A DNA stretch of 64,000 bases from an uncultured Gemmatimonadales bacterium (GTDB taxonomy: Bacteria; Gemmatimonadota; Gemmatimonadetes; Gemmatimonadales; GWC2-71-9), in assembly GCA_963739455.1 (NCBI GenBank), contig CAVUAK010000003.1, forward strand, positions 256,001 through 320,000, read 5' to 3'. Position numbers and translations under genes: made by a program. The notes under the pieces are model-generated. The model saw only the letters and a list, made by a program, of their open reading frames with translations, made no database searches and had not been told where the DNA came from. Below, piece by piece: positions 42,611 through 52,087 of the stretch. Numbering within the stretch: the first letter of the stretch is position 1; the number at the start of each line of letters is the position of its first letter.

Positions 42611-43492
42611 TCAGTTGTCGTCTCCGTTGCCCTTGCTCTTCGTGGAATGCGATCCGGGCCGGGCCAGCCGGATGTCGCCACCAAAGGACTCCAGGTCTAC
42701 TCGCGCGCTGCCGCTCCCGATCGTGAAGGAGAACTTCCGGCGCTGGTTCTTGCCGGTCAGCGTCACCGGGTAGTCCGACTCGAAGCTGCCGTTGAAGGTG
42801 TTGACGCTCACCGTGGCGTTCGCATTTGCCGGCATGGTGATGGCGATGTCCCCCTGATGGGTGGAGAGCTCGTAGCGGCCACCATCCTGGATCGTGCCAT
42901 CGTAGGTGATGTCGCCGTTCACGGTGCTGGCCTCGACGCTGGCGGACTTGATGGCCACGAGGGAGACGTCGCCGTTGACGGTCTGCACCGCCAGGTCGCC
43001 GGTCACCCGCTCCACCGTGACGGACTCATTGACCGACTGCGCCTCCACCCGGCCATTCACGTCGGTGACGGTCACGGCGCCCTCTACCGACTCGACCGAC
43101 ACGTTGCCCTCACCGCCCTTGACGGTCACGTCACCCCGAACCGTCTCTCCATGCACCGTGCACTTGCATCCGGTCACCGTGAGGTCGGTCTCGACGCCCG
43201 ACAGCTCGATCGCCATCCAGGCCGGCATCGTGATCTCGATGTCCGCGCTGCCGGCCGGACCCCACTTCCCGCTCGTCTCCACCGAGATCGTGGACCCGTC
43301 GGCGTTGATGTCGAGATGATCCTTGCGCCGGGTGTCGCCCTGGATGCGAACGGCGTCGCGATTCCAGGTGGTGACGGTGATCGAGCCGGCGTAGACCGAC
43401 ACCTCCAGTCGCTGGCCCTTGCGGACGGTCAGCGTGGTGTCGGCCCCCTGATGGAGCGTGGCAATGGCGAGCAGTAGTGACGTGATCAGCAC
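42611..43492 (-). CDS. DUF4097 beta-strand repeat protein
   Basis: Repeated TVRG/SVEG/TVNG/THQG/TFNG motifs. Confidence 0.88.
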   Translation of the reverse strand: MLITSLLLAIATLHQGADTTLTVRKGQRLEVSVYAGSITVTTWNRDAVRIQGDTRRKDHLDINADGSTISVETSGKWGPAGSADIEITMPAWMAIELSGVETDLTVTGCKCTVHGETVRGDVTVKGGEGNVSVESVEGAVTVTDVNGRVEAQSVNESVTVERVTGDLAVQTVNGDVSLVAIKSASVEASTVNGDITYDGTIQDGGRYELSTHQGDIAITMPANANATVSVNTFNGSFESDYPVTLTGKNQRRKFSFTIGSGSARVDLESFGGDIRLARPGSHSTKSKGNGDDN

Positions 43493-43502
43493 AAGCGACT
43501 CC

Positions 43503-44186
43503 TCAGCTGCGGGACTGGGTAAGACCGGCGACGAGGCGGAGCAGCTCCACCTTCCGCCTGGCCGTGCTGGCCAGGTGCCGGCTCACGTAGGCGTTGGACG
43601 GATCCGCGGCGAGCGCACGCTCGGCGTCCGCGATGGCGCTGTCGATGCGCGCCAGGTTCTGGGTCAGGACGCGCACCGTACCGCTATCGAGCTTCTCCGA
43701 CGCGAGGATCATTTCCAGGTCGGCCACCGCCGTCGGCGGTGGACTGGTTGGCCGTGGTTCCGATTGCTCACCGGCGTGGACACGACGTCCGGTGCCGGGC
43801 GTCACCGGGCGCGTTGGCCACCTCGGGGGCCCGCTGCGACAGGCGCGTCACGCCATAGACGGCACCACCCGACGCGAGACCGAGCAGGAGGGCCGGCCGC
43901 CGCGAGTCGTGGCCAGGAGATGAGCAGCCCGCGCTGCGGGTCCGGGGGCGGAATGGCACCACGCCATCCTCGTGGATGCGCGACTGCGATGCCGGCCCAC
44001 AGATCGGCGCCGGGAGTGCAGCTCCGGCAGCGCCCGGCCGCGGGCCGACACCTTTCGCAGGTCGTCCGCGATGGCCCGGCACTCTGCACAACCCACGAGG
44101 TGCAGTTCGAGGGCGCGGGTCGTGGCGACGTCGAGCTCGCCATCGACGTACTCCGAAAGCCGGTCGGTCCAGGTGTCATGCGTCAT
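43503..44186 (-). CDS. zf-HC2 anti-sigma factor (apparent frameshifts)
   Basis: MTHDTWTDRLSEYVDGEL..HLVGCAEC; C-terminal NLARIDSAI..ALAADPSN. Confidence 0.85.
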
Positions 44187-44196
44187 GGTGTCTTCC

Positions 44197-44775
44197 TCAG
44201 CGCAACAGGAGCTGTCGCAGGGCCATGCGGGCCCGGTGCAGCTGCGACTTCGACGTACCAGTGGAAATCCCCAGCATCTTCCCGATGTCATCGTGCTGGT
44301 AGCCCTCGACGTCGTACAGCACGAAGACCTGCCTCATGCCGTCGGGGAGCTGCCGTACGGCGTCCTCCATGTCCATGCCCTCGTCGATGCTCACCCGTCG
44401 CGCGGGCTGGTCGGTGATCGCCGCTTCGTCGCTGCTCCAGCGCTTCCGGTCCCGTCCGAGCCCCGCGCGGTGTTCCAGCATCAGGTTGACCGCCAGCCGG
44501 TGCAGCCAGGTGCCAAAGGCCGACTCGCCGCGAAAGCTCCCGAGCTTCTGCCACGCCCGGACGAAGACGTCCTGGGTCAGCTCGTCGGCGTCGGCATCGG
44601 GGACCATGCGCCGCACCAGGGAATGCACCCGGTTCACGTGGCCCCGGTACAGCCGCTCAAAGGCGCGACTGTCCCCACTCTGGGCGAGGGCGACCTCGAC
44701 CGTTTCCTCGTCGCGCTTCCCGGGCAACTGGCTGCGCTCGGTCAGGATCCTCGCTCCACTCTGTAGGCGGTGCAT
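44197..44775 (-). CDS. ECF RNA polymerase sigma factor
   Basis: GDSRAFERLY, ELTQDVFVRAW, FGTWLHRLAVN, GTSKSQLHRAR. Confidence 0.93.
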   Translation of the reverse strand: MHRLQSGARILTERSQLPGKRDEETVEVALAQSGDSRAFERLYRGHVNRVHSLVRRMVPDADADELTQDVFVRAWQKLGSFRGESAFGTWLHRLAVNLMLEHRAGLGRDRKRWSSDEAAITDQPARRVSIDEGMDMEDAVRQLPDGMRQVFVLYDVEGYQHDDIGKMLGISTGTSKSQLHRARMALRQLLLR

Positions 44776-44785
44776 TTCAACGGGG

Positions 44786-44815
44786 TTGGACCGCCCGCTG
44801 CCCCAAAGGGTTGCA
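44786..44815 (-). promoter_or_regulatory. Candidate autoregulatory ECF promoter
   Basis: Minus strand TGCAAC-N17-GGTCCAA, ending about 10 nt before the sigma start; fits the AAC/GTC ECF pattern. Confidence 0.5.
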
Positions 44816-45010
44816 TCCGCCTGGTATTGGTCACTTGGCCGGGCCGGCGGGGGGTCCCCCGTCCGGGCTAGACACAGAATAAGCCCCAGCCACTTTCCTG
44901 CGACCCCTGGTGCCCGGTGTCAGGGCTGAGCCGACCGATCAGCGATATATTTGCGCCGGCGCCGGCCCGTCAGGGTCGGCGGTCGCCCCACGCTTCAAGG
45001 AGCCAGTTGC

Positions 45011-46709
45011 ATGACGTCTGTCGCCCCCGGCCGGGTCCTCACTGCTCCACGCGGCACGACCATTTCCTGTCGCGGCTGGCACCAGGAAGCCGCGCTGCGA
45101 ATGCTGCACAACAACCTCGATCCGGCTGTGGCCGAGCGCCCGGACGATCTCGTGGTGTATGGCGGCAGCGGCAAGGCGGCTCGCAATTGGGCCTGCTTCG
45201 ACAAGATCGTCGAGACCCTGCGCCGTCTGGGCAACGACGAGACGCTGCTGGTGCAGAGCGGGAAGCCGGTGGGCGTCTTCCGGACGCACGATGAAGCGCC
45301 ACGCGTGCTCATCGCCAATTCCAACTTGGTGCCGCGCTGGGCCACGTGGGACGAGTTCCGTCGCCTCGAGGCGATGGGGCTCACCATGTACGGCCAGATG
45401 ACCGCCGGAAGCTGGATCTACATCAGGGTCGCAGGGAATCCTCCAGGGCACCTACGAGACGTTTGCCGAGTGCGCCCGCCAGCACTTCGGCGGCACGATG
45501 GCGGGGCGCCTGGTGGTGACCGGTGGCCTCGGTGGCATGGGCGGCGCCCAGCCGCTCGCCGCCACGATGAACGGTGCCGCTTTTCTCGGGGTCGATGTGG
45601 ATGCGGAACGCGTTCGCCGCCGTGTCGAGCAGGGCTACTGCGACCGCATGGAGACCGACCTCGACCGCGCCCTGCAACTCGTGCTCGATGCGAAGGCGAA
45701 GGGCGTGGCGCTCTCGGTGGGCCTGGTGGGCAATATCGCCGATGTCGTTCCCGATCTCGTGCGTCGCGGCATCGTCCCCGACGTCATTACCGACCAGACC
45801 TCGGCGCACGACCTGCGCCTGGGGTACATCCCGAGCGGATACTCGCTCGAGACGGCCGCCGTGATGCGGGACAAGGACCCCAAGGGATACGAGTCGGCAG
45901 TGCTGGACTCGATGTGCGTCCATGTCGAGGCGATGCTGGCGCTCAAGGCGCGCGGGGCAATCGCCTTCGACTACGGGAACAACCTGCGCGGGCAGGTGGC
46001 CGATCTTCGCGGCATGAGCGACGCGTTCAAGATCCCGGGATTCGTGCCCGAGTTCATCCGCCCGCTCTTCTGCCGTGGCTCGGGTCCCTTCCGCTGGGCG
46101 GCACTCTCGGGCGATCCGCGCGACATCGCCGTGACCGACGACGCCGTGCTCGAGACCTTCCCCCAAAAGGCGGATCTCGCGCGCTGGATCGCAAGGGCGC
46201 GCGAGAAGGTGCACTTCCAGGGACTGCCAGCCCGCATCTGCTGGCTCGAGTACGGTGAGCGCGCGGAGATGGGCCAGCGTTTCAACTGGCTGGTGAAGCG
46301 CGGCAAGGTGCAGGCGCCGCTCGTCATCGGGCGCGACCACCTCGACACCGGCTCGGTGGCGTCGCCCAACCGGGAGACGGAGGCGATGAAGGATGGCTCC
46401 GACGCGATCGCCGACTGGCCGCTGCTCAACGCGATGCTGAACACGGCTTGTGGCGCGAGTTGGGTGTCGCTCCATCACGGTGGAGGGGTTGGCATCGGCT
46501 ACTCCCTGCACTCGGGGATGGTCATCGTTGCTGACGGTACGGACAAGGGTGGTGACCGGTTGATGCGTGTCCTCACCGCGGACCCTGGCACGGGCGTCAT
46601 GCGTCACGCCGACGCCGGATATGAGGAAGCAATTGCGACCGCCGCCCAGCGCGGAATTGACCTGCCGATGATCAACAATGGCGAAGTGGGAAGCGGGAAG
46701 GGGACCTAA
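45011..46709 (+). CDS. hutU: Urocanate hydratase (one apparent frameshift near 45425)
   Basis: [57 protein letters not shown]. Confidence 0.96.
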
Positions 46710-46711
46710 GC

Positions 46712-47923
46712 CTGCCTCTCCTCACCAACATTGGATTCCTCGCGACCTGTCGCGCCGCGGGCGGGCAGGGGGACATCCACGCACTCCGCGACGCGGCGAT
46801 TGCGTGGGAAGGCGATCGCATCGCGTGGGTGGGTCCCGCCGCGGCAGTGCCCGCTGATTTCGCGAGACTGCCGGCAGAGGATGCTGGTGGGCGTTCGGTT
46901 TTCCCCGGACTGATCGATTGCCACACGCACCTCGCCTTCGGCGGCTGGCGTGCTGATGAGTTTGAGCAGCGCATCCAGGGTGCCACCTATCTCGACATCG
47001 CGTCGCGGGGCGGCGGCATCGCATCCACTGTTCGACAGACGCGCGCCGCGTCCGAGGCAGACCTCGAGGCGCGTGCCCGCGGGTGGCTCGCGGCGATGCG
47101 ACAGCTCGGGGTCACCACCGTCGAGTGCAAGAGCGGCTATGGTCTCGACCGGGACACCGAGTTGCGGCTGCTGCGAGTGTACCAGCGCCTCGCCGCGTCG
47201 CAGCCTTCCCGGATCGTCCCCACCTATCTTGGCGCGCACGTGGTGCCGGCGGAGTACAAGGAGAACCGCGCCGGCTACCTGCGACTGCTCATCGACGAGA
47301 TGATCCCGGAGATCGCGCGCGAGCGTCTGGCCGAGTGCTGTGATGTCTTTGTCGAGCGCTCCGCGTTCTCGATCGACGAGGCCCGGGCCATCCTGAAAGC
47401 GGGGGTTGCTGCCGGACTTCGTCCCAAGCTGCATGCCGACCAGCTCTCCGATGGCGGAGGCGCACTGCTGGCGGCGGAGGTCGGCGCGCTGTCTGCGGAT
47501 CACCTCGAGCATGTCTCGGACGCCGGCATTCACGCCATGGCCGCCGCCGGTGTGGTCGCCGTCAGCCTCCCGCTGGCAACGATGTACCTGAACCAGCCGC
47601 CCATGCCCGCGCGTCGGCTCATCGACGCCGGCGTTGCCGTCGCCGTCGCCACCGACTTCAATCCCGGCTCCGCGCCCAGCTTGCACCTACCGTTCGCGCT
47701 GACGCTGGCCTGCACGTTGCAGCGCATGACGCCGGCTGAGGCACTGAAGGGTGCCACGCTGTTCGCGGCGCGCGCGCTGGACCTTGAGGGGGAGGTTGGT
47801 TCGCTCGAGGCGGGAAAGTACGCTGACTTTGCGATCTTCGATGTGCCCGACGTGACGCAGTGGCTCTATAACCTGCAGGCAAATGCCTGTGTGCGGACCG
47901 TCATCGGCGGGGAGACCGTGTGA
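46712..47923 (+). CDS. hutI: Imidazolonepropionase (probable CTG start)
   Basis: PGLIDCHTH, ECKSGYGL, KLHADQL, SADHL, ATDFNPGS; the frame stays open and HutI-like upstream of the ORF-track start. Confidence 0.93.
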   Translation: MPLLTNIGFLATCRAAGGQGDIHALRDAAIAWEGDRIAWVGPAAAVPADFARLPAEDAGGRSVFPGLIDCHTHLAFGGWRADEFEQRIQGATYLDIASRGGGIASTVRQTRAASEADLEARARGWLAAMRQLGVTTVECKSGYGLDRDTELRLLRVYQRLAASQPSRIVPTYLGAHVVPAEYKENRAGYLRLLIDEMIPEIARERLAECCDVFVERSAFSIDEARAILKAGVAAGLRPKLHADQLSDGGGALLAAEVGALSADHLEHVSDAGIHAMAAAGVVAVSLPLATMYLNQPPMPARRLIDAGVAVAVATDFNPGSAPSLHLPFALTLACTLQRMTPAEALKGATLFAARALDLEGEVGSLEAGKYADFAIFDVPDVTQWLYNLQANACVRTVIGGETV

Positions 47924-48831
47924 CACTCGTAAGCCCCTGGGATCGCACCGATCCGCGCGTGGAGAACATCATGGGACGCGCGGTGGCCGCGGGCGAGGCG
48001 CCGCATGCGGTCCTGCTGGGGTTTCCGACCGACGAGGGCGTCCTGCGAAACGGGGGGCGGCCCGGCGCTGCTCGCGGGCCGGCTGAAATCCGGCGCTGGC
48101 TCGAGCGCTTCGCCCCAGATGCTCGTGACAGCGGCCGGTTCACGTCGCTGCTCGAGCACACCGCCGACCTTGGCGACATCGCGCTCACGGGCAACCTCGA
48201 TGCCGACCAGGCGGCGCTGGGTGAGGTCGTCGGCGGCCAGCTCCGCCTCGGCCGGTTCGTGATCATCCTGGGCGGTGGCCATGAAATGTCGTTCGGCCAC
48301 TTCCTTGGCTACGTCAACGCGCGCCTCCAGGTGGATGTCCTCAACTGGGATGCCCATGCTGATGTCCGTCCCCTGCGCGACCGGCTGGCGCACTCAGGGT
48401 CGCCGTTTCGCCAGGCGCTCGAGCATTCGTCGGGGGCGCTGCGACGCTATTCCGTCGCCGGCCTGCAGCCCCATACGGTCGCCGCGGCGCATGTGGAGCT
48501 TGTCCGGAGGCGCGGCCGCGCGGTGTTCCGCGACGAGGTGACGCCGACCGTGGTGCGCGATCTCTACGCCCACCTCGCGGCACCATCGTTCGTCTCCTTC
48601 GACATGGATGCTGTCGATCAGGCCTTCGCCCCCGGCGTGAGCGAGCCGTCCACCGGCGGCTTCACCCCGGCGGAATGGCTCGAGTTCGCCTATGGCAGCG
48701 GTCGTCAGGCAACGGTGCGGTCGGTGGATATCGCCGAGTTCAACCCGGTGTACGATCGGGATGGCCAGACAGGGCGCCTCGCGGCGCTGACGATCTGGCA
48801 TGTCCTGCGCGGGTATGCCGCGCGTGGCTGA
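47920..48831 (+). CDS. hutG: Formimidoylglutamase (arginase family)
   Basis: GGRPGAARGP, LGGGHE, DAHADVR, DMDA, AEFNP; follows hutI. Confidence 0.9.
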   Translation: MTLVSPWDRTDPRVENIMGRAVAAGEAPHAVLLGFPTDEGVLRNGGRPGAARGPAEIRRWLERFAPDARDSGRFTSLLEHTADLGDIALTGNLDADQAALGEVVGGQLRLGRFVIILGGGHEMSFGHFLGYVNARLQVDVLNWDAHADVRPLRDRLAHSGSPFRQALEHSSGALRRYSVAGLQPHTVAAAHVELVRRRGRAVFRDEVTPTVVRDLYAHLAAPSFVSFDMDAVDQAFAPGVSEPSTGGFTPAEWLEFAYGSGRQATVRSVDIAEFNPVYDRDGQTGRLAALTIWHVLRGYAARG

Positions 48832-50026
48832 TCCGGTGGGCGTACATGTTGACGACGATCGCGCGGCTGTTCCAACGGTGGCTGGTCGGGTCGCTTCCGT
48901 GGACATCCTGCGCGGCGTCGTCATGGTCATCATGGCGCTCGACCATGTCCGCGACTTCTTCACCAACGTTCAATTCAACCCCGAGGACGTGACCCAGACG
49001 TCCCTCGCGCTCTTCTTCACCCGCTGGATCACCCACTTCTGCGCGCCGACGTTCGTCTTCCTTGCCGGTGTCGGCGCCGGGCTCAGCATGGCCCGCGGCG
49101 CGCCCCGGCCGAAGCTCGCGCGCTTCCTGCTGACGCGCGGTGCATGGCTGGTGGTTGCCGAACTGACCATTGTCCGCTTCGGCTGGACGTTCAACCTCGA
49201 CTACGCGAACCAGGTCTGGGTACAGGTCATCTGGGTGCTCGGCTGGTCGATGATCATCCTCTCCGGGCTGATCTACCTGCCGCGCTGGGTCATTGCGACC
49301 CTTGGCCTCACGATGATCGCCACCCACAACCTGCTCGACGGGATCGGGCTGGCGTCAGAGGGACAGACGCTCGCCGGCGCGGGCCTGCGCGACTGGCTCT
49401 GGGCGATCCTGCACGTGCAGCGGCCGCCAGTGATCTATCCGCTCATTCCCTGGATCGGCGTCATGGCGGTGGGCTACGTCTTCGCCCCGTTACTGCTCCG
49501 CGCCGATCCGCCCCGTCGCCGGAACCTCTTCCTCATCGGCGCCGCGCTCACCCTGGGCTTTATCCTGCTAAGGGCGAGCAACCTGTATGGCGATCCGTAT
49601 CCATGGCAGGTCGAGACCCGTCCCGGCATGACGCTGGTGTCTTTCCTGAACACCAACAAGTACCCGCCGTCCCTGCTGTACCTGATGATGACGCTCGGTC
49701 CGGCCATCATGCTGCTGCCGGTTTTCGAGCGTGCGCGTGGAGGGTTCGCCACGTTCTTCGACACGATCGGGCGGGTGCCCTTCTTCTACTACGTGGCGCA
49801 CATCTACTTGATCCACCTCATGGCGAACCTTGTGCTGCTCGCGCGGAGTTACCCGGCGTCGCTGGTGACGAACCCGTTCTTCTCGTATCCGGATGAGTGG
49901 GGATTTGGATTGCCGGTCATCTATGGCGTGTGGGTGCTGACGGTGCTGCTGCTGTATCCGGCCTGCCGCTGGTTTGCCGGGGTGAAGGCGCGCCGGCGCG
50001 ACCTCTGGTGGCTCGGCTACCTCTAG
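48824..50026 (+). CDS. DUF1624 / HGSNAT-like membrane acyltransferase
   Basis: RVASVDILRG.VMVIMALDH.RDFF, RWITHFCAP.F, KYPPSL. Confidence 0.85.
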   Translation: MADPVGVHVDDDRAAVPTVAGRVASVDILRGVVMVIMALDHVRDFFTNVQFNPEDVTQTSLALFFTRWITHFCAPTFVFLAGVGAGLSMARGAPRPKLARFLLTRGAWLVVAELTIVRFGWTFNLDYANQVWVQVIWVLGWSMIILSGLIYLPRWVIATLGLTMIATHNLLDGIGLASEGQTLAGAGLRDWLWAILHVQRPPVIYPLIPWIGVMAVGYVFAPLLLRADPPRRRNLFLIGAALTLGFILLRASNLYGDPYPWQVETRPGMTLVSFLNTNKYPPSLLYLMMTLGPAIMLLPVFERARGGFATFFDTIGRVPFFYYVAHIYLIHLMANLVLLARSYPASLVTNPFFSYPDEWGFGLPVIYGVWVLTVLLLYPACRWFAGVKARRRDLWWLGYL

Positions 50027-51072
50027 CGGAGCAGGGGCCACTGCTGGCTGACGCAGTGGAAGGCGCCAAGGCCCCACACCAGGTCGGTGCAATCGATCCC
50101 CACCACGCGGCGCGTGGGGAAGAGGCGCTGCAGCGTATCGACGGCTTCGGGATCGCGGCGCGGGTCGTAGGTAGGTAGCAGCACGACTGAGTTGCCGACA
50201 TAGAAGTTGGCGTAGCTCGCCGGCAGTCGCTGCCCATCGTACTCGAGACGCTTGGGCATCGGCAGCGTGACGACATCGAGGGGCCGCCCGTCCTGGTCCT
50301 TCATCGTCCTGAGCCGCTTCAGGTTCTCCTGGAGCGGCTCGTAGTTTGTGTCCGCGGGATCATGCTCCACCACCGTCACGACGGTCGTCGGGTCCACGAA
50401 CCGGGTGAGGTCATCCACGTGGCCATCGGTGTCGTCGCCCTCGATGCCGTCGCCCAGCCAGAGGATGTGCCGCACGCCGAGGTAGTCCTCGAGGTACTGC
50501 TCGATCTGGCGTTTCGAGAGTTGTGGATTGCGGTTGGGATTGAGGAGGCAGGCCTCGGTTGTCAGCAGTGTGCCAGCGCCGTTGACGTCGATGGACCCGC
50601 CTTCCATCACGATGCCGGGATGAAATACCGGAATGCCGTAGGCCGTGCCGACCAGGCTCGGGATGACATCGTCGAGGTCGTATGGAGGGTACTTGTCGCC
50701 CCAGGCGTTGTAGCCCCAGTCGATGATGGCCTGTTCCGCCCCGGCAGGCGTTTCGCGCTGCACGAAGATCGGCCCATGATCCCGGCACCAGGCATCGTTG
50801 GTGGGGAAGTGATGGAAGAAGACGTTGGCGAGTCTCGTGCCGGCGATCAGCGTGCGGCGCGCCTGCGCCTCCATCTCGGCGTCGCGCACGTTGATGTGCA
50901 CCTCCTCGCCATCGCTGAGCAACTGCACCATGCGCGCGAAGATGCCGGGCACCGGCGCGAACTTGCCGGGCCATGACGCTTCCTTGTGCGGCCAGCTGAG
51001 CCAGGTGCCGCGGTGCGGCGCCCACTCGGCGGGCATGGAGTAGCCGAGTTGTGCCGGGGTGCGGGAGGTCAC
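50023..51072 (-). CDS. aguA: Agmatine deiminase family protein
   Basis: MPAEW, DAWCRDHGP, EGGSIDVNG, DDTDGHVD, ASYANF, GAFHC. Confidence 0.92.
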   Translation of the reverse strand: MTSRTPAQLGYSMPAEWAPHRGTWLSWPHKEASWPGKFAPVPGIFARMVQLLSDGEEVHINVRDAEMEAQARRTLIAGTRLANVFFHHFPTNDAWCRDHGPIFVQRETPAGAEQAIIDWGYNAWGDKYPPYDLDDVIPSLVGTAYGIPVFHPGIVMEGGSIDVNGAGTLLTTEACLLNPNRNPQLSKRQIEQYLEDYLGVRHILWLGDGIEGDDTDGHVDDLTRFVDPTTVVTVVEHDPADTNYEPLQENLKRLRTMKDQDGRPLDVVTLPMPKRLEYDGQRLPASYANFYVGNSVVLLPTYDPRRDPEAVDTLQRLFPTRRVVGIDCTDLVWGLGAFHCVSQQWPLLR

Positions 51073-51957
51073 TCGTCGATGAACCGCTTGGTGATGTCTC
51101 CGTACGCCTCGATGCGACGGTCGCGAAGGAACGGCCAGTGCGTCCGCTGCACGTCGACGCGGCCCAGGTCGCAGGGCACCACCATCACCTCTTCGCCCTC
51201 GCCTGCCTTCGCAATGACGCGACCGCCGGGATCGGCGACGAAGCTCCGGCCCCAGAACTCGATGCCGCCGGCCGGGCCATCCTCGAGGCCGACGCGGTTC
51301 ACGGCGCAGACGAACACGCCGTTGGCGATGGCATGGCTGCGCTGGATCGTCTCCCACGCATCGGCCTGTGCTGCGCCGAACTCCGCCTTCTCCGGCACCA
51401 GCCAGCCGATCGCGGTGGGATAGAACAGGATCTGCGCCCCGCGGAGCGCGGTGAGTCGCGCCCCCTCGGGATACCACTGATCCCAGCACACCAGCACGCC
51501 GATGCGACCGAACCTGGTGTCCCAGGCGCGGAAGCCGAGGTCGCCCGGAGTGAAGTAGAACTTTTCGAGATACTGTGGGTCGTCCGGGATGTGCATCTTC
51601 CGGTACTTGCCCAGGTAGCTTGCCGTCGGCGTCGATGATCGCCGCGGTGTTGTGGTAGAGGCCCTCAGCGCGCTTCTCGAAGAGACTCGCGATGAGCACC
51701 ACGCCGAGCTCGGCCGCCACCTTGCCCAGCGCATCGGTCGACGGCCCGGGAATCGCTTCCGCGAGTGCGAAGAAGCCGTGGTCCTCCGTCTGGCAGAAGT
51801 ACGGCCCCTGGAACAGTTCCTGGAGGCAGATGATCTGGGCGCCCTTGGCGGCGGCGGCGCGCACGCCGTCGATGGCGCGCGCCAGCCCGGTAACGGCATT
51901 CGCTGACGCTCGCTGCTGTACCAGGCCGATCTGGACGATGCGTTCGGTGTGTGCCAT
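51069..51957 (-). CDS. aguB: Carbon-nitrogen hydrolase, N-carbamoylputrescine amidase-like (one apparent frameshift)
   Basis: LQELF, YRKMHIPDDP, VCWDQWYPE, YPTAIGW; GTGA overlap with aguA. Confidence 0.88.
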
Positions 51958-52087
51958 AGACGGGAAAAGATACTCGGCGCTGCGCTCGCCCGCACCCGCA
52001 ACCGTTCCGCTCCGACGGCCGTAGGGTTACTCTCTTGATCCGCCTCCCCGGCGGCCAGGTCCCAATTCCCGTGGAGTGATCGATCCC

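Noticed and set aside
50023..51957. AguB-AguA fusion (644-aa ORF)
   Set aside because: The middle is out-of-frame sequence; a frameshift near 51615 restores two genes
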